From positions 1 through 62,013 of the IMG/VR virus record IMGVR_UViG_3300026863_000036: DNA of 62,013 nt, one strand, 5' to 3'. The position numbers and the translations under genes were made by a program. Position 1 is the first letter of the stretch; the number at the start of each line of letters is the position of its first letter. Source of the stretch: a virus. Lineage: Duplodnaviria > Caudoviricetes. The notes below the pieces were generated by a model, which worked only from the letters and a program-made list of their open reading frames with translations, had not been told where the DNA came from and made no database searches. Shown here in pieces: positions 1-8,535 of this stretch.

Positions 1-198
1 TCACTCAATGAGGCCGCGCCGCTGCAGCCAACTCTTGCCGCGCTGGGTGATGTGCACGCGCTTCTTGTCGCCACCCATGATCAGCCGCTCATCCCACAAG
101 ATCTGGAACTCAGGCCGATCCTCGATCGGCGTGCCGACCTCTTTGGCCAGGCGGATGAGTTCGTCGATCACGATCTGCGGAAGGTCGTAGTCCTGCAT
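1..198 (-). CDS. Small hypothetical protein, paralog of 7252..7452
   Basis: MQDYDLPQIV...KSWLQRRGLIE is nearly identical to 7252..7452; start set at the ATG shared by both copies. Confidence 0.8.
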   Translation of the reverse strand: MQDYDLPQIVIDELIRLAKEVGTPIEDRPEFQILWDERLIMGGDKKRVHITQRGKSWLQRRGLIE

Positions 199-223
199 GC
201 CGCCTAACAGATTCCCGAAATGC

Positions 224-256
224 AAAAAGCCCCGGCCTCCAAAAGGGAGCCGGGGC
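224..256 (-). terminator. Rho-independent terminator
   Basis: Minus strand GCCCCGGCTCCCTTTTGGAGGCCGGGGC-TTTTT downstream of 280..720. Confidence 0.75.
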
Positions 257-279
257 CACACTCGTAGGGATATGTTCGC

Positions 280-720
280 TTACGTGCGATCGTCTACGTA
301 GACCGTGAACGAACCATCCGTCTCAGTCGTGACGGCGACGATCTTGTCGATCGGACAGCTACTGGTCTCGAGCTTGGTCTTGAGATCCGCATTGCCTTCG
401 ATTGAGGTCTTGAGGCCCGCGACCTGAGCAGAGTTCTTGGTCAGGGCGTTATCGAGCGCTGTGGCGTCGGCTGATGCGTCACCCTTCAGGGTCGACACCT
501 TCACGCAGTTCACCTTCGAGGTCGCGGTGAAGGTGCCGATATCAGCCATCTTCCCCGCATTAAGGCTCGAGATGAGCGACCCGTAGTTCATATTCCCGCC
601 TGCGGTTGCGGCGTCCGTCGACGTGGTCGTCGTTGTCGTCGCATTCGCATCCTGGGCGACAGCGGCAAACGGGGCGCTCACCAAAGCTGCCGCGATCATG
701 AGAGTGGCAATGGTTTTCAT
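280..720 (-). CDS. Secreted hypothetical protein
   Basis: Signal peptide MKTIATLMIAAALVSAPFAAVA, Thr-rich linker, GAGGAG RBS. Confidence 0.75.
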   Translation of the reverse strand: MKTIATLMIAAALVSAPFAAVAQDANATTTTTTSTDAATAGGNMNYGSLISSLNAGKMADIGTFTATSKVNCVKVSTLKGDASADATALDNALTKNSAQVAGLKTSIEGNADLKTKLETSSCPIDKIVAVTTETDGSFTVYVDDRT

Positions 721-818
721 CGGGTTCTTCTCCTCTTTTTGCCCTCGGCGCAGACAACTTCCATCGCAGGATCCGGTTCCGAACTTAAGGCTGCTAACCC
801 GGCGGCTTTCCACCTGAG

Positions 819-1277
819 TTGATCCACGTCCAGAAGCCAGTGGCGATGATGCCGCCGGCGACCACCGATGACGTTGCGCAGACGGTCGGCGCAAGCCCCG
901 ACCTGGTGAAGCTGCACGACGACATCGTGACCGCGCAGAAAACGGTCTCCTCCCGAGCTCTTGTGGGTATTCTGCTCGACGCCGTAAGGTCGGACGCCTG
1001 GGGGGTGCAAATGTGGGGATGGCTCGCAACGTTTGGCGTCTTGGCCGCCTTGCTTCTGGTGGCATACGCACTGCCGTGGTGGGCGGCGATGGCCATGCTG
1101 GTGGCAGGCGTGGTCGGTTACGGCCTGTTTGCCAATTTCGATAAGACGCTGCGTGCCGCCTCTGTAGCGCTCATTGCCGCAGGCGTTATCTTCAGTGGTG
1201 TGAAGTTGATGCAAAACCACCAGGGGGGCGACTGTCCGATTGAGGTGAGCCGCTCGGGCTCGTCGAGAAGTTGCTAG
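819..1277 (+). CDS. Hypothetical membrane protein
   Basis: About 3 hydrophobic segments; start uncertain. Confidence 0.5.
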   Translation: MIHVQKPVAMMPPATTDDVAQTVGASPDLVKLHDDIVTAQKTVSSRALVGILLDAVRSDAWGVQMWGWLATFGVLAALLLVAYALPWWAAMAMLVAGVVGYGLFANFDKTLRAASVALIAAGVIFSGVKLMQNHQGGDCPIEVSRSGSSRSC

Positions 1278-1443
1278 CTGGGCGATGCTCACCAAAGATG
1301 CGGTGCAGCCAGCTGCTGCCTGGCTCCGGCGACTGTGGCGTGGTGCTGGCGACCTGTTGTCGAGGGGGATTTGCGAGCATCGCCCAGTCTGACGCGAACC
1401 CATCGCGAGGCAACGCGTTTCCTCTTGAGAAAGGAGACCGACA

Positions 1444-1701
1444 ATGGCCCAGCAATCGACCACTCAACCGCGGGAAGCCCCAAAAAAGCAAGGCAAGCAC
1501 ACTCACGATCAGCAACAGCGGCTCATCAACAAGGACGAAATCACCAAGGGGTCCGATGCATCGTTGCCGGGCGAGACGCTGAAGCATGCAGCAAAACGCT
1601 ACCCGAAGCCTGGTCCGGGCGACGCCTACAACATCTCTACTGGAGATCGCTCCATTCAACGCGGCGCCAACGACGCCGGCCCGCACGACAAGAAGCACTA
1701 G
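1444..1701 (+). CDS. Small hydrophilic hypothetical protein
   Basis: AAGGAGA RBS, 85 aa. Confidence 0.6.
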   Translation: MAQQSTTQPREAPKKQGKHTHDQQQRLINKDEITKGSDASLPGETLKHAAKRYPKPGPGDAYNISTGDRSIQRGANDAGPHDKKH

Positions 1702-1713
1702 GAGATCGGCGAT

Positions 1714-1896
1714 ATGACCAAGCGCCAGATAGACGACAATATTGATGACCTGGGCCGGCGACCGGACGGGTCGAAGCAGGAACAGCCCGGTACTGAAGAG
1801 GTTGAGCGGATCAAGGAGGATACCGTTGAAGCAGAGAGGGACGAAGACGAGGTTGGCGATGCCAATCCATCACCGATGAACCCCGCGTTCCCGTAA
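1714..1896 (+). CDS. Small acidic hypothetical protein
   Basis: GGAG RBS, operon spacing. Confidence 0.6.
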   Translation: MTKRQIDDNIDDLGRRPDGSKQEQPGTEEVERIKEDTVEAERDEDEVGDANPSPMNPAFP

Positions 1897-1919
1897 CTTG
1901 CGAACGGAAGGATTCGATC

Positions 1920-2249
1920 ATGTCTGGTGAGCGGCGTGATCCTTGGACTGATCCCGACTTTGAGCAATCGGTCCGGGACACGGCCTACTTCATGTGGGAA
2001 AACGATGGTCGTCCTAACGGTCGGGAGCAGGAGTATTGGTTCCGCGCGCTTGAGGTATGCCTGCGTCGCCGCAACCTCGATAAGCAGCTTCAGGAGCCTG
2101 CCACTCATTATCCAGAGCCTATCGACCCGGTCGCTGAACGAGCGGTCGAGGTCAGCCGTAAGGTGGCACTGCAGCGGCCGTTCAAGAAGGATCCCGACGA
2201 AACCGTTACCGGCCGCTTCAATCAGAAGATTCGAAGGAGCAAAAATTGA
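1920..2249 (+). CDS. DUF2934-domain protein
   Basis: Motif VRDTAYFMWENDGRPNGREQEYWFRA. Confidence 0.75.
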   Translation: MSGERRDPWTDPDFEQSVRDTAYFMWENDGRPNGREQEYWFRALEVCLRRRNLDKQLQEPATHYPEPIDPVAERAVEVSRKVALQRPFKKDPDETVTGRFNQKIRRSKN

Positions 2250-2470
2250 CTTCGGATGCTGGCGACGACATCGTCTTCTACCGGAGCGAGAATGGGGATG
2301 AGTGGGTGTTGGTCGGAGGCACTGTTGGGACCACAGTGCGCCACCGGCCCAACTTATCCTCCGGAGGGCAAAACCGAGACATACCGCTCGAGGAATTCCT
2401 GCCCCGTGAACAGAATACCCCGCAGGGGCAAGCTCTTAGGGAATTGCTTCAGGCCGATGGGTTTATCTAA
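2246..2470 (+). CDS. Hypothetical protein
   Basis: Overlapping TTG start with AGGAG RBS; FYRSENGDEW...VRHRPNLSSGG. Confidence 0.6.
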   Translation: MTSDAGDDIVFYRSENGDEWVLVGGTVGTTVRHRPNLSSGGQNRDIPLEEFLPREQNTPQGQALRELLQADGFI

Positions 2471-2561
2471 GGCAAAGCTTCCCTTTGCGCGGGGAGTGCC
2501 ATTGCTCCCCCGGATCGGTAGCGCCTCGGCAACGTGGCTGGCGTCTGATCACCGGTCGTCC
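2471..2561 (-). repeat. ~90-bp structured element, copy A
   Basis: About 90% identical to 29458..29546. Confidence 0.9.
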
Positions 2562-2760
2562 CAAGCGCGTCCGCGCGCGATGATGTGTAGGAGTCGGTGG
2601 CAGGTCGCACAGAGGAGAGCGAGGTCCGTAACCTTCGTTTTGCGTTCACCGGCATCGGCAACCGAAGTCACATGATGCGCCTCAAAGTCAATGATGGACG
2701 CGGGGAGATGGTCGTGGTTCACGCCGCAGATATCTGCGCCATGCGCGCGACGTCGCTGCA
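2549..2760 (-). pseudogene. HNH endonuclease remnant (McrA-like)
   Basis: FEAHH...TKVTDLALLCATCHRLLH motif with no intact N-terminus; 5' boundary approximate. Confidence 0.65.
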
Positions 2761-2974
2761 GTAACAGCACGTGGCCAGAGACGCCCGGATTCCAAAGCAC
2801 TTAGCCCTTTTCCATGTCGCGTCTATGTCGCACTCATGTCGCGTGGAGGCGCGGCGACCCCTTGGAAAAAGCCGGAAATCTCTAGGGAAATCGTGGCGAC
2901 TGCCGATGCCCGCGAAAGTGCTAGCCTGAGAGTCCGGACTTTCCACTAACTTATTGATTCTGCGTACTGAATTT

Positions 2975-2988
2975 TGGTAGCGGAGGAG
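2975..2988. repeat. Prophage left att core TGGTAGCGGAGGAG
   Basis: Exact 14-bp direct repeat of 42144..42157, the reverse complement of the tRNA-Met 3' end. Confidence 0.9.
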
Positions 2989-3057
2989 CGCTACCGAGGA
3001 TTACCCCAGCCGTTCACCTCCCGTTTGTTTACGAAGCTACGGCGAACCGCGGGTAAC

Positions 3058-3081
3058 AAAACCCCGCCGGTTGGGGCGGGG
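3058..3081 (-). terminator. Rho-independent terminator at the prophage left end
   Basis: Minus strand CCCCGCC-CCAACC-GGCGGGG-TTTT. Confidence 0.7.
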
Positions 3082-3126
3082 CCGAATACATGTGCTGTGT
3101 CTGGCGCGACCGTTCTGCTCGCCTGA

Positions 3127-3681
3127 TCAATCGGGCTTGTCCGCCTCCGATTGCTCTTCGGCTGGAGTTTTCTCTTCCTCGCGAGCCCATCTCCGGCTCC
3201 AGTAGAAATTACTTACGATAAGGCTGTCCTTGAGGAGGTGCACCCCTTGGAACATCTCGTGCTCCCCTAGGACCTCCTGAGTGTGTTGGTCGACCAACCG
3301 TGAAGCCGCTACTTGCAGAGCGCCGCGGTGGATCATTAGTTCAGCTTTGATGCGCTCAGGGTATCCGGACATCGATAGCTGTTTGTTCGCCTCCTGCTCG
3401 CGATCGTCGGCCCATTTGTCAGGGTCGAAATGCGGCGGATCCAGGTTTAGGAAGCGGCGATACAACTTCTGCTTCGGGTAATGGCCGAGGACCTTTCGGT
3501 ACTTCTCCAGTACGTCGAGGCACTGCAGCATCATGCCGGGAAGTTCGTCCGGCCGGCCGGCACCTCGAACCGTTCGCAGCACGTTGGCTGCAAGGATACG
3601 AAAGGGGTATTCGAGATCGCTCTCGGCTTGCTTCTGTTCAATCTGGGTTGAGGTTTGGCTGCTGACAACCTTGAGGGCCAC
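3127..3681 (-). CDS. Hypothetical moron protein
   Basis: 184-aa ORF, GGAG RBS, followed by a terminator. Confidence 0.7.
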   Translation of the reverse strand: MALKVVSSQTSTQIEQKQAESDLEYPFRILAANVLRTVRGAGRPDELPGMMLQCLDVLEKYRKVLGHYPKQKLYRRFLNLDPPHFDPDKWADDREQEANKQLSMSGYPERIKAELMIHRGALQVAASRLVDQHTQEVLGEHEMFQGVHLLKDSLIVSNFYWSRRWAREEEKTPAEEQSEADKPD

Positions 3682-3765
3682 GCGTCATCTCCGTCGCCCC
3701 AGAGTTTGAACTATGCCGCGACGGCAGTGGACGACAGGGCAGGGGGGCTGTCAAGCTCGGGAGCC

Positions 3766-4377
3766 CTAATCACCCACGTAGCAAGCTGGCGACCGTCCAC
3801 CCGGCCGGCTGTACGCACTGGTCCCACCACAGCGAGCCCCGTTGCGCTTCCGGTCATAGGGACAGTCACAAGTGCCGACGTATGCCGACCTAAGGGGGTC
3901 GCCGGCCTTCGGTTCGGGCTTCGACTGTTTGGGTGGCGGTGGAGTCTTCGGCGCTTGGAACGCCGGCCGCGAAGGCGGACCTGTGCCGATCGCGGCCAAA
4001 TACTGCATGTTGACCCAACCACGACGATCGGCGCCCAACGAGACCAAGGCCCAAGCCCCATCGGCCCCCAGCACCGAAACGGTATCCCCGCGCGACAGAG
4101 AACCCAAGACACCGCCATCAGTTGAAGGGAGATCTCGAACCCGGAGAGAGTCGACCGTCACAAAGTGGGTGGCAGGTACCCTCGTTGCTGCAGGGGCGGT
4201 CTGAGGGGTTTTTGAAGGCCGGGGAGGGGCTGAGGGCTGGTTCGGTCGTGGCGCAACTTCAGAGCCGGGGTCGCGAACGGTAGTCGGTTGGCCAAGGTTG
4301 TTCGCTCCGTGCTGAGACGCGAACGCCAGCACGATCAAGACGACTACCCAAAACGCAACTTGCCCCCGGCCCGCCAT
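3766..4377 (-). CDS. Exported bacterial SH3-domain protein
   Basis: N-terminal TM, VTVDSLRVRDLPST...GAWALV...GWV SH3b pattern, Cys-rich C-terminus. Confidence 0.75.
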   Translation of the reverse strand: MAGRGQVAFWVVVLIVLAFASQHGANNLGQPTTVRDPGSEVAPRPNQPSAPPRPSKTPQTAPAATRVPATHFVTVDSLRVRDLPSTDGGVLGSLSRGDTVSVLGADGAWALVSLGADRRGWVNMQYLAAIGTGPPSRPAFQAPKTPPPPKQSKPEPKAGDPLRSAYVGTCDCPYDRKRNGARCGGTSAYSRPGGRSPACYVGD

Positions 4378-4429
4378 TCCCCACTCACGCGCTTACGCGA
4401 CACAAGGCGATTGGCCTGCCAACAGGGGT

Positions 4430-4927
4430 TTACGTGCCCCAACCACCTTCGCCGAGTTCGCAAGCGATGCCGTCATTGTCGGCATCAAGATTGTAAGGAT
4501 CGTCGTAGGCGTTGATGTAGATGGGGCCGTTGACGAAGTAGGGGCCATCTCCGCCGCCGCCAGCGCAATCGTAATCCACCGATGCACTGCGGTAGCTGGG
4601 GGCGTTGTAGCCGCCGCCGCTGCACCCGTTCTGACAAGCGATTCCGACGCCCACAGCCGTCGCCACGAGCGCTGTCGCGACTAACACGCCGTTTTCAGCC
4701 TCAACCTTCTTGCGGCATACCTCGGAGGTTAGCCCGCGCTTCTGCGCCTCCGTTGCAAGGTCGAAAGCAAACTGTTGGTTACCTGCCTGGTTGGCGTCGA
4801 AGAACGTGCGGCAGAGTTGCGTATCCTTCACCTTTGACGCGTCGGCGTAGAATGTTTTGGAAGATGCGGCGCAGTCCGATACGAGTGCGCAGGCCGAAAA
4901 AACGGCCAGAATACTGTGCAATTTCAT
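4430..4927 (-). CDS. Exported/lipoprotein with Excalibur-like Ca-binding C-terminus
   Basis: Signal with Cys; DYDC...DPYNLDADNDGIACE. Confidence 0.65.
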   Translation of the reverse strand: MKLHSILAVFSACALVSDCAASSKTFYADASKVKDTQLCRTFFDANQAGNQQFAFDLATEAQKRGLTSEVCRKKVEAENGVLVATALVATAVGVGIACQNGCSGGGYNAPSYRSASVDYDCAGGGGDGPYFVNGPIYINAYDDPYNLDADNDGIACELGEGGWGT

Positions 4928-5145
4928 TTGAGCCCCCTGCCCAACCCGGAGGTAAACACTTCGTTAAGAAAGAGTCAAAGGCGGAAGACCGAGTGTGGTT
5001 ACTGGAGGGCCGGTGGTCAAAATTCGGCGGCTTCGCCAGCCTGAGATAGCAGCGAGACTGAACACGGATACTTGCAGCCCGGCGCCGATGAAGAGGGAGG
5101 GGCATACTTGCCACCTGGCGGCCGTGCCGGGTAGCGTCCCCGGCC

Positions 5146-5943
5146 ATGTGCCACGCCTACTCGATCACCACCAACGTTGAAGCCATCCGCCAGATGGTGC
5201 AGACCATTTTCCGTTTCGATGTGGCGGCAAACATCGGCAACCTCGCGCCGCAGACCGGTGTCTATCCGGACATGCTGGCGCCGATCATCCGGAACCAGCC
5301 CGGGTTTCGTGAGCTGATCAAGGTCCGCTGGGGCATGCCGACCTCATCGCAGGCGCTCTACCAGGCCGCGCAGGCCCGCGCCGACAAGATCGCGAAGAAG
5401 CAGGGCCGCGACCTCAGCGCGGATGAATTCGCCGAGCTGCTGCGCATGGAGCCCGACCGCGGAACTCACAACGTGCGGAACACCAAGAGCCAGCACTGGA
5501 AGCGATGGCTGGCGCCGGAGTTCCGCTGCATCGTGCCGTTCACGAGCTTCGCCGAGGTGAGCAGCGAAATCGGCCCGGACGGCAAGAAGCTGGGCAACAC
5601 CTGGTTCGCCTTCGACGACAGCCGACCGCTCGCCTTCTTTGCCGGCATCTTCGCGCCGCAGTGGACCAGCGTCCGGAAGACCTCGGAGGGGATGGTCACT
5701 ACCGACCTTTTCGCGTTCCTCACCACCGATCCCAACAACATCGTCGCCGTCGCCAATCCAGACGCCATGCCAGTGATCCTCAGGACGCCTGAGGAAATCG
5801 AGATATGGATGACCGTCCCATGGGAAGAGGCGCAGAAACTACAGCGGCCGCTGCCCGACGGAGTGCTGCAGGTCGTTTCGGTTGGCCCGAAGGAAGATCC
5901 GCCACCATCCGAGCCGGACGAGCCTGAGCCTTCGCTGTTCTGA
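5146..5943 (+). CDS. SOS response-associated peptidase (SRAP, YedK/HMCES family)
   Basis: N-terminal MC, RWGMP, RCIVPFTSFAE, FAFLTT, AMPVIL motifs. Confidence 0.9.
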   Translation: MCHAYSITTNVEAIRQMVQTIFRFDVAANIGNLAPQTGVYPDMLAPIIRNQPGFRELIKVRWGMPTSSQALYQAAQARADKIAKKQGRDLSADEFAELLRMEPDRGTHNVRNTKSQHWKRWLAPEFRCIVPFTSFAEVSSEIGPDGKKLGNTWFAFDDSRPLAFFAGIFAPQWTSVRKTSEGMVTTDLFAFLTTDPNNIVAVANPDAMPVILRTPEEIEIWMTVPWEEAQKLQRPLPDGVLQVVSVGPKEDPPPSEPDEPEPSLF

Positions 5944-5949
5944 GAGAGG

Positions 5950-6522
5950 CTATCCGAATGAGCGCCGTTGCGGACGAGCATCGGGCACAGGCGTTTCGAT
6001 GTCGTAGGCAATCTTGCAGGGAAACGCGACCGTGAGATCGGGCTTATCGAGAGCGCGCTGAGCCAACGCACAGCCGCGCCAGGCAGCGATCCTCGGGTGA
6101 AGGAGTGTCATCCGGATATCAGGGCCAAATTGCTTCAGGAGAGTCTCGCGTCGATACTCGCCGCGGCGGCCGCATTGCCGACAGTGAACAACGATCCACG
6201 GCTCCGCGTATTGGCCCAGGTGCTCCTCTCCCGCACGAATGCCGCGCATCTGCCGCCGGCCCGGCCCTCCTGGTTCCGCCTTGGGTGGCTCAACCGGAGG
6301 CGTGGACATGTGAAGGATGATGTTCTCGGTGCCGCAACTGGGGCAGCGAAGCTTGCTGGCAAGCTCATCGAGCCGGACAAACGGGCCAAGCGCAGCGACC
6401 ACTGAAGCGAGATCGAGCGTGACCTTTTGCATGCATGGGCGTGTGGACTTCAGCCCAGCGCGGCGCCGATCGCATTGGAGGGTGATCGGCCAGTTTCGCT
6501 CGAGCGCCTCACCTAAGGTCAT
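5950..6522 (-). CDS. Tandem zinc-ribbon hypothetical protein
   Basis: Two Cys-rich units (LRCPSCG; VHCRQCG). Confidence 0.7.
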   Translation of the reverse strand: MTLGEALERNWPITLQCDRRRAGLKSTRPCMQKVTLDLASVVAALGPFVRLDELASKLRCPSCGTENIILHMSTPPVEPPKAEPGGPGRRQMRGIRAGEEHLGQYAEPWIVVHCRQCGRRGEYRRETLLKQFGPDIRMTLLHPRIAAWRGCALAQRALDKPDLTVAFPCKIAYDIETPVPDARPQRRSFG

Positions 6523-6532
6523 GATGCAAACG

Positions 6533-6715
6533 CTAGCGCTGGATCTTTAGCCGGCTCTTGAGCTTAAGGGGCTTCTCCGGCCGGGTCAGCGCAGCCTTGA
6601 CCAGCTTGAGATCCAAGCCAGTCATTTCCACCAGGTCCGCCGGCTCGAGGTAGGGATGGTCCCGCTTCAGTTGTCGAATTCGGGCCGATTGGTTGGTCTG
6701 AATTTCAATGGGCAT
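6533..6715 (-). CDS. Small HTH-like protein
   Basis: GGAGG RBS; PADLVEMTGLDLKLVKAAL. Confidence 0.6.
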   Translation of the reverse strand: MPIEIQTNQSARIRQLKRDHPYLEPADLVEMTGLDLKLVKAALTRPEKPLKLKSRLKIQR

Positions 6716-6755
6716 CGTAACCTCCAACGTCTGAGGTTAGGACTCATACACCCAT

Positions 6756-6770
6756 GAACGAAACGAGAAC
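6756..6770. promoter_or_regulatory. Alphaproteobacterial LexA (SOS) box
   Basis: GAAC-GAAACGA-GAAC in a divergent intergenic region. Confidence 0.8.
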
Positions 6771-6818
6771 AAGCCACGAGGGATTGTGGGTCTGGGCCGT
6801 GCCACGCTACCATGTGGC

Positions 6819-7058
6819 ATGCGCGAAGAAGACGTGACCTTCACCTTCCTCGAGGATGGCTTCTACCTGCCGAGCATCGGCCAGGTGCTGCCCGAGGGTG
6901 AGTATCGCGGCCGGATGACGTGGGACGATGCCGGCAAGCTCATCGAGGTGCTGCTGATCGTGCCGCGGTCGATCGCGAAGGAACTCAACCTGGTCAGCAC
7001 CCAGTTCAACATCGCCTCCGACTATCGCTCGGGAGTGCTGCGCGAGGACCGGCAATGA
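6819..7058 (+). CDS. Hypothetical protein
   Basis: ORF coupled by ATGA overlap to the next gene. Confidence 0.6.
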   Translation: MREEDVTFTFLEDGFYLPSIGQVLPEGEYRGRMTWDDAGKLIEVLLIVPRSIAKELNLVSTQFNIASDYRSGVLREDRQ

Positions 7059-7255
7059 GCGACCTGCCGAAGCCAGGAATGCCGCTGGTCGAGTATCTTG
7101 AGCCCGGCGTGCAGCGCTGGACCTTCGCCAGCGATGATCCGGTGGTGCGGCAGCGGGAGTACTGGCACTGGCTCGGGTGGTTCGGCCTCGACGACGACGC
7201 CAAGCCCTTCGAGCAGAACGAGCGGTTCTGGTTGGTGAAGGGGCCGACCGACTAG
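7055..7255 (+). CDS. Hypothetical protein
   Basis: GAGG RBS, MSDLPKPG... Confidence 0.6.
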   Translation: MSDLPKPGMPLVEYLEPGVQRWTFASDDPVVRQREYWHWLGWFGLDDDAKPFEQNERFWLVKGPTD

Positions 7256-7452
7256 CTCGGAATGAACCCGCGCCGCTGCAGCCAGCTCTTGCCGCGCTGC
7301 GTGATGTGGCAGCGCTTCTTGTCCCCACCCATCACCAGGCGCTCATCCCATAGGATCTGAAACTCGGGGCGGTCCTCGATCGGCGTGCCGACCTGCTTGG
7401 ATAGCCGGATAAGTTCGGTGACCGCGATTTGAGGGAGTTCATAGTCCTGCAT
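7252..7452 (-). CDS. Small hypothetical protein, paralog of 1..198
   Basis: Near-identical protein at 1..198. Confidence 0.8.
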   Translation of the reverse strand: MQDYELPQIAVTELIRLSKQVGTPIEDRPEFQILWDERLVMGGDKKRCHITQRGKSWLQRRGFIPS

Positions 7453-7471
7453 GACCGCGACTTAGCAGATT

Positions 7472-7864
7472 CTAAAGCAGTGCCACCTGACGCCGATAAT
7501 ACCGTTTCATCACTCTGGGAGTGTGAGGACTGGCCAGAATTCCAGAGCAAACCCGGTCGAAGACTGGTCCTGCCATTGAAGCCTCGGCAATGAACAGCCC
7601 CTTCTCAAGGCCGCTGATGAGCGTGGCGGCGAGTTCCGTCTTGGCTTTGCGATACATAACCCACGACTTATGTGTCAGCCAATCATGATCACCGACATCA
7701 AGGATGCAGCTTCCGTCGCAAAGGTTGTTGGTCCACGAAGTGACCGAGACGATCAACTGCAAGTTGGCGTCGCACGGGTCGGTGCAGACAACGTGTAGAT
7801 GTTTGCGGCCAGCATTATGCAGGGGCCCAGACGGGATAAGAAGAGTACCCGCCTTCTGAACCAA
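7472..7864 (-). CDS. Putative toxin partner of the Panacea antitoxin (possibly PemK/MazF-like)
   Basis: Abuts the antitoxin stop codon; SGP..KHLHVV...SCILDVGDHDW. Confidence 0.55.
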   Translation of the reverse strand: MVQKAGTLLIPSGPLHNAGRKHLHVVCTDPCDANLQLIVSVTSWTNNLCDGSCILDVGDHDWLTHKSWVMYRKAKTELAATLISGLEKGLFIAEASMAGPVFDRVCSGILASPHTPRVMKRYYRRQVALL

Positions 7865-8434
7865 TCAGTGCACTCGCGCCCGTTCGAAAGCCAAATCTAT
7901 CTCGCGCTGCGCCGCAAGCGTGGCCTCGACCTCATCGGCGTTCTCAACCCCCAATGCCTGCAAAATGCGACGGTACGGAATCTTTGTGGACCCGCCATTC
8001 GGGTCCTCCCATTCCGGAACGTTGTCGGGGTTGTGCGTCCACTCGACCAGGTCCCATTTGTCCATATGTCCAAACTGGGCCCACACCTGCTCTACGCAGG
8101 CCAGATCCGCGTCGCTAAGTTCGTCAAGGTCGTCTTCGGTCATTGCGCGAGCCAAAGCGATCTTGTGATTGGCCCGGTCCTCCAGCACGTCTGACCAACC
8201 GCACGCCCTGAGATCCACCTCGCCGTTGATATGCCGATACGTCAACGAGTTCACAGGCCCGTTCGGCATCGAGTATCGGTCCTCGTCGAGTATGGGGAAC
8301 CCGTGGCGCCTAATGCTCTCGCGGTCTGCCAAGTAGACCAGCTTCACCGCTTTTAGGATGTTGATGGAGTTGCTGCCACCCTTGAGGATAAGCGCCGCAA
8401 TCAACTGCGCTGCCTTTTTCGGCTGATAGGTCAA
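7865..8434 (-). CDS. Panacea/SocA (DUF4065) antitoxin
   Basis: KAVKLVYLADRE...YSMPNGPV...LVEWTH...PEW. Confidence 0.85.
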   Translation of the reverse strand: MTYQPKKAAQLIAALILKGGSNSINILKAVKLVYLADRESIRRHGFPILDEDRYSMPNGPVNSLTYRHINGEVDLRACGWSDVLEDRANHKIALARAMTEDDLDELSDADLACVEQVWAQFGHMDKWDLVEWTHNPDNVPEWEDPNGGSTKIPYRRILQALGVENADEVEATLAAQREIDLAFERARVH

Positions 8435-8535
8435 TGCCGACTCCTTCGCGTACCAGAGGTATATCCCCAGCCGTCAAAAATACAAGATAGCTCGAAATTG
8501 TGGGGCAAACGTGAAGGGGTGGGCCGAGTCCGTGC

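Noticed and set aside
199-261. N-terminal extension of ORF 1..261
   Set aside because: Overlaps a terminator; the paralog starts at MQDY
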